From Octopus vulgaris (Eukaryota): a DNA stretch of 64,000 bases. The DNA lies in assembly GCA_951406725.2 (NCBI GenBank), contig OX597820.1, forward strand, positions 27,962,001 through 28,026,000. Direction: 5' to 3'. A program made the position numbers and the translations under genes. Of the stretch, positions 53,708 to 64,000 are shown one piece after another. Each line of letters begins with the position of its first letter. Position 1 is the first letter of the stretch. A model generated the notes under the pieces. That model was not told the DNA's origin, made no database searches, and worked only from the letters and a program-made list of their open reading frames with translations.

Positions 53708-54035
53708 ATGATGATGATGATGATGATGATAATAAAAATAATGATACTGATAATAATAAAAGGCAGATAAATAATTGCACACACTTCCTATACGTTTACG
53801 CACGCAAATGTGCGTAAACGTATATACACACCTGCGCATATATATATTTTTGTGTGTGTCATACACACACACAAACACACACATACACACATATATATAT
53901 ATACGTGCCTGTGTTGTATTTTGTGTATGTATATATGTCTGTGTGTATATGTGCGAGTCGGTTACGAAAGGCATGTTTATATGTTTATATATAAACATCC
54001 ATATACATTTATGTATGTACGTAGACACATATATG

Positions 54036-54088
<53 letters not shown>

Positions 54089-54549
54089 GTGTGTGTGAGT
54101 GCGTGTGTGTTCATGTGCATATATAAATATATCGATACATATCTATATGAACATATACAGATATAATTACGTATACAAACTCATAGGTAGACAAACTCAT
54201 GCGCACACACACACATGCGCATATAAATATCCTCGCCTATCTAAAATCAATCGTAATTAATTTAGGCAAAAAAAAATATCTCTATGTTTTGGTTTATTTT
54301 TCATTTTCTCTTTTATTTTGTGATTTTTATATGGTTTGATTGCTAGATACATTAATTCTTTGTTATTGGCGTTGTTGTTCTAGCTAGTGTTATTGTTTAG
54401 GGTATTTTCGGATTGGTTTACACTTTGGATACACACATATATACATATATATACATGCATACATACACACACGCATATATAGATATAGATACATGTATAT
54501 ATTTGTATACGTACATACATATACATGTAAACATATATATATATATGTG

Positions 54550-54619
<70 letters not shown>

Positions 54620-54827
54620 CACATATATATGTATGTATGTATCATGTATACGTATGTATTGTTTGCATGTTTGTTGTATGCAAATCAGTGGATGTGAAAG
54701 AAATGTGTGTCTCATTAATTTTACGTAGTTAATTACGATGTGATATGCCATGAAAGACATTATGAATATAGGGTAGTTGGCGTATCGATTGATGCCCTCT
54801 AATGAATCATTATGACTTCTACTACTA

Positions 54828-55090
<263 letters not shown>

Positions 55091-55564
55091 GAGAAGAAGA
55101 AGAAGCAACACTAAAAATTATATCATTATTGTTGTTATTATTTTAATCATAATTAGTGAGAGTATATGGTAAAGTCGAATAGTAACTATAATAACAATAG
55201 CCGTTTTGATATATAAGCTAAATACCAAATAACAGAACAGTAGTAATCAAACAAATTACAAGACGACATTAACAGCCATTCCATTGTTTAGTTATCGGAT
55301 TCCTAAAATGCACAATAGCGAAGCATCGATATCGTTGTCTATCGTAGCAGTAGTGTCAAATAAAAAAATAATGGTTGTTTCAAATGTTGGCAGAAGGCCA
55401 GTAAATTCAGTGGGGGTGGGGGATTAATTGATTACATCGAATATATTACCTAACGAGGACCTTAATATGTTGACGCTGACAGGGATTGGAATTCTAAATT
55501 TTAAAGAGACGTATGAAATATTTCCAGGTATTTTAATCAACGTGCAAATCATTCTGTTCAATCG

Positions 55565-55678
55565 CTTCTTCTTCTTCTTCTTCTTCTTCTTCTTCTTCTT
55601 CTTCTTCTTCTTCTTCTTCTTCTTCTTCTTCTTCTTCTTCTTCTTCTTCTTCTTCTTCTTCTTCTTCTTCTTCTTCTT
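55565..55678. repeat. Pure (CTT)n microsatellite
   Basis: Direct reading. Confidence 0.97.
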
Positions 55679-55689
55679 TTAGTAGTGGT

Positions 55690-56425
55690 TATTGTCTTTG
55701 CACAGCTTCTAACGCCGGAGATGAACTATACTACGGCGTCAGCTGTTCAATACAAGTGAACTAAGGTAACACCCCTTATTTTCCGAGCACCACCCGGAGT
55801 ATTCGACCGGTCCAAGCAGTGCTGTTTTCTACAAGCGATCCACACTTATTTCAGCCCCTATTTGTTCCATGTAATTCCCAAGATTTTTATTCACTATGTG
55901 GCGTACAATGGCTGATAATATGTCATACGGTTTCACCATTTAGTCCACAAATGCTGCACATATCTCTTTCTGGTTCTTAATGTTTACTCTGCTTTTTCTT
56001 CGGCAGCACGGATTAGAGTCTCCGCTTCCAGTTTTACATCACCTGTAGGTACCCATAGCCATCTTTTTCTCTGTCTGTCTTAAATTCAACATCCTTATGA
56101 AATTGTCCATGCATTCTTTTCATTATCCACCTATTTTCAGTTTCATTCATTCTCAATTGCTTGTACAGTGCTTTATCTTTGTAATTTTCCATCCTACACA
56201 AGCTTGAAATTCATACGTCAAATAATAGCAGTTCTGTGGCATCATTTACTTACCATGCTATGATGCTTACTTCTCCTCTAATGCTGTGTTCGCTTCCAAG
56301 CAGTCCTCTTTCCCCTCTTTTTCTTGGTACATAAAGTCTGCCTGTGTCACTTTTTGGGTGGAATATCCCATATCTAGTCATCAACTTCCTTGTCTTTCTG
56401 TCTAAGCTGTTTAGTTCGTCTACTG
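55690..56425 (-). mobile_element. Dong/R4-like LINE 3' relic with internal deletion
   Basis: LDRKTRKLMTRYGIFHPKSDTGRLYVPRKRGERGL and KTALLG..ILRVVLGK*. Confidence 0.85.
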
Positions 56426-58962
56426 ACATGCGATTACTAACAGCAACAACATCTGCAGCAACAACAACATCTACAGCAGCAACAACAATAACAACAATAA
56501 TAATAATAGAGAAATCCAGAAATCCAAAGCATTGAGCTGATAACTACTGCTCACATCCTTAGAAAATCACTTATATTACATGAAGATATTTCGCTACCAC
56601 CCCTGCCACTTCCCCTCTCCAAGATTTCAGTCATACTGTAACATCTCTTATCCTTCACTCGCCCCATGCAGATTAATAATAATAAATTTAACAATTAAAT
56701 TTCCAGCATAAGATACAATATAATAATAGTACAATTTGTAATAAAGGTATAAGATTTAAAATTTAAAAGCAGGGGTTTTCGTAGTGAGTCAATTGTTCAT
56801 CTGGTTCCTAAGTCTGTAAGAATCGTTAGCTCGCCGGAGATTAAGCTTAGTGGTATTTCGTCCGTCTGTATATTCTGTGTTCAAATGCTGTCAAAGTAGA
56901 CGTTACATTTCATCCTTTTGGGGTCTATAAATTAAGTACTAGTCGAAAACTGGGACCTGTGTAATTAACTTTACGTTACCTCTAAAATTGCTGGCTTTGT
57001 GCCAAAATTTGAAACCATAACTTAAGTCGTTTTATACTTCACTAACTCTTAAATGATGAACACGAAACTAATTTTTTTTTATTTGAACTCAGAGGTTAAA
57101 AGGCCAGAAAAAATAGTGCACGAGATTTTGCTTAGCCATCTAATCATTCTGCTAACTCAGCACAGATTTACTTTAATTGATAATTAAACGGTTGGAAAGA
57201 GGCATTCGATGCTCGCACCGAGCACATCCGCATCACGTAGCTGTGTATCACAGACAATAATAAAAGGGTCATTCAACGTAGTTTTGAGTAAGAAATCAAT
57301 AGAAAACGGTAAAATCTACACAATAGAGTCTAATTCCTATCTATTATATTAGTTTTGTTACAAAGAGATTTTGTTTTGTGCACAAGTGGTACTGCAGACT
57401 AACATTGTTACCTTTTTTAATGTTTTGTTTTATATTTGTAATATGATTAGAGAATACTGTGTAGTATTGATGAATGGCTTTACATTGTGAAAGAAACTTA
57501 GTATTGATTAGGTCACGTACTTCTTTGAGCGACTGCTGAAGATTGAAAGGCAAAGTTAAACAAGGTGACGGATTCGATCTGTGAACATAAGCATAAATAC
57601 CAGACGTAGAATAGATTCAACATATCCGATAAGGCAACGAATCGGCATAACGCCTTGTAGAATGTCAAGTGATATCTGTTTCCGCTCTCTCAACTCTAGG
57701 CTCAAAAACCGCCGAATCCACCATTGCCTTCTGGCAGTACTGGGTTATTTAATAAAGTACCACTGGACTCCTAGTCCGAAACATCTCTTAGTACCTCTCG
57801 TGAGAAGTGCAGCGCAGCGTATTACAACACGAAGTGTACTTTGCTCTAGAAATACAAACAGATTAAGCAAGTTACAAACAACATCCAAAGGCGGATCGAT
57901 ATGTCAGACGATAGGGAATGAAATTAAAATAGACATATATTCAATAAATTCATCCGTAGAACTTGAAGTCTTTTTTATTTCATCCACATCAAAAAATGAA
58001 ACCGGTGGGGTTTGAACGTAGATCAGAAACAATCAAACTATATACTGCAAGCCATGTTTCCACTGAATGACGAACTAAAAGGTTTCCGATGGATATTGTA
58101 GTTATAACTGTAGTCAATATCTCACTTGTTTACATGGACATAATTTTTTGATAAAAGTAAATACATAAAAAAAAATTACTCCCAAAATAATGAAAACAAA
58201 AACAAAATATGTACACATCCAGCAAAACACAAACGAACTAATTTGGGATTGTTTTTCTGATATAATAGTTTAAAAAACAATGATTATTGTCACGGAAACA
58301 CTTGAAAAATCTATCACATTTTTTTTCCCTTCATTTTATTGTGTTTTTCCTGAATTATCTATAAATCATCATTATGTTTTTATTATAAATTATCATTTTC
58401 AAATATTTTCGAGTGTGCAGATAGTAATAAAGTCACAAGCACATACACACACATACATACACAGAGTTTATTTAATAATGTATATGGATGTCTGTTCCTC
58501 ACACACCGCTTTTATAATTTCGCACATACTTCAATTCTCTTTTGCCATACGATCAATAAATTTTCAAACTGTTTCGCAAGGATCTCTACACAAAGCTTTT
58601 ATATTAATATTTCATCAACATCTAATTCATTATTTCCGAATATCTATGGTTACGCATCCTTTGATATATAGTTATATCATGTAAGCATTATATTTTACAA
58701 TGTTTATTGTTTATTTGCTAAATACCAGTTTCAGGATGCATGATTATATAAATATATGAAATTTAAATAGATTAGTCTTAGAATCCTTTAACGCTTTGCA
58801 AAAACATTTTGATATATGCGCTGGGAATTTACTGTAACACACGTGCAGTGAGCTGAGAAAGCTGTTTCGTTTACACCCTAATGGGATTATTTTAAAGACA
58901 AATGGGTAAGATGTGAAACGGAACTGGCTGATAATTTAATAAAGTCGAACCAATATGTATAT

Positions 58963-59348
58963 GGGGAAGCACTCCGTCGGTGACGACGACGAGGGTTCCG
59001 GTTGATCCGAATCAACGGAACAGCCTGCTCGTGAAATTAACGTGTAAGTGGCTGAGCACTCCACAAACACGTGTACCCTTAACGTAGTTCTCGTGGATAT
59101 TCAGCGTGACACAGAGAGTGACAAGGCCGGCCCTTTGAAATACAGGTACAACAGAAACAGGAAGTAAGAGTGAGAGAAAGTTGTGGTGAAAGAGTACAGG
59201 AGGGATCACCACCATCCCCTGCCGGAGCCTCGTGGAGCTTTATGTGTTTTCGCTCAATAAACACTCACAACGCCCGGTCTGGGAATCGAAACCGCGATCC
59301 TATGACCGCGAGGCCGCTGCGCTAACCACTGGGCCATTGTGCCTCCAC
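58963..59348 (-). mobile_element. tRNA(Arg)-like SINE
   Basis: Head GTGGAGGCACAATGGCCCAGTGG. TSD CAATATGTATAT at 58951 and 59348. Confidence 0.88.
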
Positions 59349-59362
59349 AATATGTATATAGG

Positions 59363-59648
59363 GTGGAAGCATATGGCCTAGTGATTAGAGCAGCGGACTC
59401 GCGGATTCGAATCTCAGAGCGGGCGATGTGTGTGTTTATGAGCGAAACACCTAAGCTCCACGCGGCTCCGGCAGAAGGTAATGGCGAACTTCTGCTGACT
59501 CTTTCGCCACAACTTTCTCTCATTCTTTCCTCCTGCATATTGCAGCTCACCTGCGATGGACCGGCGTCCCGTCCAGGTGGAGAACCTATAGGACAAGGAA
59601 ACCGGGAAACTGGCCCTTACGAGCCAGGCGTGGCTCAAGAAGGAACAA
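59363..59648 (+). mobile_element. tRNA(Arg)-like SINE, head-to-head with the previous copy
   Basis: TSD ACAATATGTATATAGG at 59347-59362 and 59649-59664. Confidence 0.88.
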
Positions 59649-59796
59649 ACAATATGTATATAGGAAGATGAATCATGATAAACAAAACTTGAGTCCTATT
59701 ATTTATGTAATGTAAATCACGAAAAGTAGTCGTTTCATTCTCCATGGTCCCCACTAAATGTTAAAAATGCCCATCGAATATCAACACCTTCAAGAA

Positions 59797-60995
59797 AGCA
59801 GGGAGCTGGTAGAAACGTTAGCACGCCAGACAAAATCCTTAGCAGCTTTCGTCTGCTGTTACGTTCTGAGTTCAAATTCCGCCGAGGTCGACTTTGGCTT
59901 TCATCCTTTCGGGGTCGATAAATTAAGTACCAGTTACGTACTGGGGTCGATATAATCGACTTAATCCGTTTGTCTGTCCTTGCTTGTCCTCTCTGTGTTT
60001 AGCCCCTTGTTGGTAGCAAAGAAATAGGTATATCGTCTGCTGTTACGTTCTGAGTTCAAATTCCGCCGAGGTCGACTTTGCCTTTCATCCTTTCGGGGTC
60101 GATTAAATAAGTACCAGTTACGCACTGGGGCTGATGTAATCGACTTAATACCTTTGTCTGTCCTTGTTTGTCCCCTCTATGTTTAGCCCCTTGTGGGTAA
60201 TAAAGAAATAGGTATTTTCTTGAAATCAGCAATAAATAAGTCATGAAACGTACCTTAATACAACAAGTAATGTGCTCTTACCCACTGCTCTGAAGCATAA
60301 AGATTCCAAGCAACCTTCAGTCATGAAGATTCGTCAGAAATTTAAAAACTCTCTTGGCCTACAAGTTAACAATAAGAATGACCAAAGACACCCAATTACT
60401 GACATATCTATCATTGCTTCTCCGAATTTAGAAATTAACAATCAGAAAAACTAACGAGATCCAAGCAATGATAAACCTATCACTGATGCAAAAAACATCA
60501 AATAAAAAAACTTAATCCGTTTATCTATCCTTGTTTGTCCCCTCTATGTTTAGCCCCTTCTGGGCAATAAAGAAATAAGAAACGTTAGCACGCCGGGCAA
60601 AATCCATAGCAATATTTCGTCCCCTGTTACGTTCTGAGTTCAAATTCCTCCGAGGTCGACTTCGGCTTTCATCTTTTCGAGGCCGATTAATTAAGTACCA
60701 GTTACGTACTGGGATCGATGTAATTGACTTAATCCCTTTGTCTGTCCTTGTTTGTCCCCTCTATGTTTACCCCATTGCGGGCAATAAAGAAATAAGAAAG
60801 GTTAGCACGCCAGACAAAATCCCTAGCAGTATTTCGTCCGTCTTTACGTTCTGAGTTCAATTACACCGAAGTCGACCTTGCTTGTCATCATTTCGGGGTC
60901 GATGAAACACGTGCCAGTTGAGCGCGGAGTTCAATGTAATGGACTTACTCCTTCTCCCGAACTTCCAGGTCATGTGGCAAAATTTGAAACCAATA
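59797..60995 (+). mobile_element. Tandem multimers of the MetaSINE-like SINE (two blocks)
   Basis: TACGTTCTGAGTTCAA recurs at ~59860, 60044, 60628 and 60845. The tails AAAGAAATA(G/A)G run directly into the next unit. Confidence 0.85.
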
Positions 60996-62481
60996 TTAAT
61001 ACATTAGATGAACCACCGATATTTCGTAACAAAAGTGCGCTAACGAATATGAATGATGATGCATTATATAGTGTTTTATGGGATACAGTGGATATATTTG
61101 TTATTCTAATCATCTTAAACACACCCAAGGTTGTTTAAAAAACGGAAGTATAATTGTGAACGATGGAAATGTAAAAAGAGGATTATATAATGAACTGGCT
61201 GACAGACAAGCAGATAGACAGACAGATTTATTCAGTTTTTAAGCATACATGCCATTAAATCATCTTAAGGAAATTATATAATATAAGATATTCCCCATCT
61301 TAGATATGAATGTACTTACAATCGTCGACTGAACGAATTGCAAAAAAAAAAAAAAAAAAACGAAAAAGAAATTCGGGCAATCTTTTTCTTTGGAACATTA
61401 TCGGGGCAAATCCGTTGCTTTTCGTAACACCGTTTAGAAAGAAAAACGAGAAGGTAAAGGAGAAATGCAAACTCTAAGAGAATAGTATCAGATTGTAAAA
61501 TGATACATATAGGCTTCAGGGCTGAAATAATTACTGAATATTAATAATTACTAACACATTAGTCATGTCAGAAATTATTGTATTCTTTAGTAATAAAATT
61601 CCAGACGTTGTATTTGTAATTTTAATGTTGATGTATTTGTCTTTTAAGTGCCTTAGGAGGCTTCTCATGTTAAATTATCTTCTCATTAACAATCAGAGGA
61701 AAGGGAAAATGTGTGGGAGTAGGAAACATGAGAAAAAATTCCCGTTTCCAATTATTGCACAACACATAATCAACTAAGTTCAAGCCATGACCATCACGTT
61801 TTTATGTAGCGAGATAACATTTTCCAATATACAATGAAACTTATATATAGATAGTCGTATGATTTTAGGAAGATTTGGCTACAATTTCTTTCATGTTGAG
61901 GAATGGTATACAACTTCGTTTCGAAAGAATATGCGTAATAGATTTACATCCCTAGTATAAGTATTTAACTCCCCTTAATTTCTTTAATTGTCGACTGTAC
62001 GATAGAGTAAGCACAATCGTCTCATAAACAGATTTCATATAGTTTAAATAGAATTAGATTCTATATGAAGCGCTTTATATTTTACATTTTATAAACTTAA
62101 GATTATCTGTAGTTCAAATTACAGTGAATTAGGGTTTGTAATATGGCTTCAATTCTCTCTTTATTTGAGATTTATTATCAAAATTAGCTCTAGATTATAT
62201 TCAAGAAGCCATTTGAAGCCACCTTTTATACTCTTTCACTCTATATTGGTTTCTGTCATCGCCCTCTGGAGATGAGACTCCACTACCTTCAAGCGATGAA
62301 TCACCATTATCGACGAAGTATATATCGTAAAACGGTATCTATGTCATATACGCAACATATACACACGACATACACAAAAGCACACACCACAAACATATAG
62401 ACTTGACGCATGTATGCATATTCATACATATATATACATATATGTGCGTGCGTGTGTGTATGTATATATATATATATATAT

Positions 62482-62537
<56 letters not shown>

Positions 62538-62559
62538 ATACATAATAACAGATAACTTT

Positions 62560-63716
62560 GTTTATCAGAGAATGCTAAGAGGATAAAAAGAAACCTTTTC
62601 CATAATGTTATTGAATATAACCACCTTCAGCTTCAACAGCTACTTCTAAATGAGATCTAGATCATCTACATGTTTAAACCAAGTGGTCCTGGTTCATTTT
62701 TGACATTACTCTGACTATGGCAGCTTTCAAAGAATCTTAAGTGTTATAGGTGTGTTTATTGACCTCATTTTCAACAACGCTCCGCATCTAATAGTCTAAT
62801 GGATTGAGATCTGGGGAATAAGGAGGCCAAATGTTAGGGGTTATGTGATGATGAAAATTTTCAGCCATCCACTTCTGCTTCACTAGAACAATGTGTGATA
62901 GGGCAGAGTCATACTCAAACACATAAGACATTCAATTACTTACGCTGTCTATCCAGGGCTTAACAATTATTTCCAGGACTTCTATGTAGGCTGCAGATTT
63001 AACTCTAAGGCTATGTGGAAAGACCTAAGGAGGCATCACATGCCCTCATTTGCTGAAAACCTATAAAACCATGACAGGTGTAGACAATTTTGAATGCATA
63101 ACACTTGGAATTTCAGAAGGGTCTGCACATAACCATTTGTCATTTCTTCTGTTAACGTTTTGAGCTTGGTCGAAGGTTTTCTCGTTTGAGAAAACCCAAA
63201 TCTGCTGGAATGTTATGTTGAAGAGCGTTTTAGACCTGATCTAGTGCTTTCCTTTTGCTTTTTCCCACAAATTGATCTTTCCTCATCATATATCTGATGT
63301 TTTAATGCACACGATTTCTGACAGCTTCTTCTGACACATAGAGATCTTTTCCAATTAACCTCATGGAATTTCTGGGATTGTATTCAATGGTTTGTTGAAC
63401 TTGATGGAAAACTTCAGGTGTTCTGTTATTTAAAGTGCATTTTGAATGCATTTTCTGCTTTGATACTGGTGATACGGTTCCATCTTCCCCCTCTAGCTCC
63501 TTACAAACTTTGTAGAAGAAACAACTGGCAAATTTTAAAAATCGTGATATTTCTAAATTGCTATGCTCAGCCTTTATAACCACAATAACAGCATGCCTCT
63601 TCATTTCTTGAGTAAGCTAAGGGTCTTCCATTATCATTTTCTGAACAAGCCTTATATAGATTTTGAAAAAATGCAACAATGCCCCCGAAAATGGTATGTC
63701 CTCAAATACCTTACGC

Positions 63717-63722
<6 letters not shown>
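62560..63722 (-). mobile_element. Tc1/mariner transposon, maT(DD37D)-like, decayed near-full-length copy
   Basis: N-terminal HTH region [23 protein letters not shown] and WPPYSPDLNPLDY at ~62790-62830. The left end abuts (TA)n. Confidence 0.8.
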
Positions 63723-63770
<48 letters not shown>

Positions 63771-63780
63771 CCCACAAACA

Positions 63781-64000
<220 letters not shown>

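Noticed and set aside
57581-58015. 144-aa GTG-start ORF in a slightly GC-richer unique segment
   Set aside because: It has no recognisable motif. It could be UTR or promoter sequence, but that cannot be supported from sequence alone.

Overview
AT-rich, microsatellite-dense animal DNA. The SINE families point to an octopus or other cephalopod (inference). I can find no convincing host protein-coding gene, and most ORF-track entries are translations of (TA)n, (CA)n, (AAT)n or (GATA)n. The window is a mosaic of transposable-element relics: mariner and maT/Tc1-like transposases, a Helitron Rep fragment, two MITEs, Dong/R4-like RLE LINEs piled into (AAT)n, RTE-clade LINE 3' ends, Penelope-like (PLE) fragments, a miniature LTR/PBS unit and many tRNA-derived SINEs. 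The standout signal is a non-coding, highly structured ~363-nt element present twice (21151-21582 on +, 39761-40198 on -). The two copies are circularly permuted, terminally redundant and inserted in (TA)n. Both carry a minimal hammerhead ribozyme with the compensatory U3-A8 core (UUGANAA instead of CUGANGA), which makes this a candidate retrozyme / small circular-RNA family. Several other hammerhead motifs, intact to degenerate, are scattered through the window. Boundaries of old relics are approximate and were read by eye.
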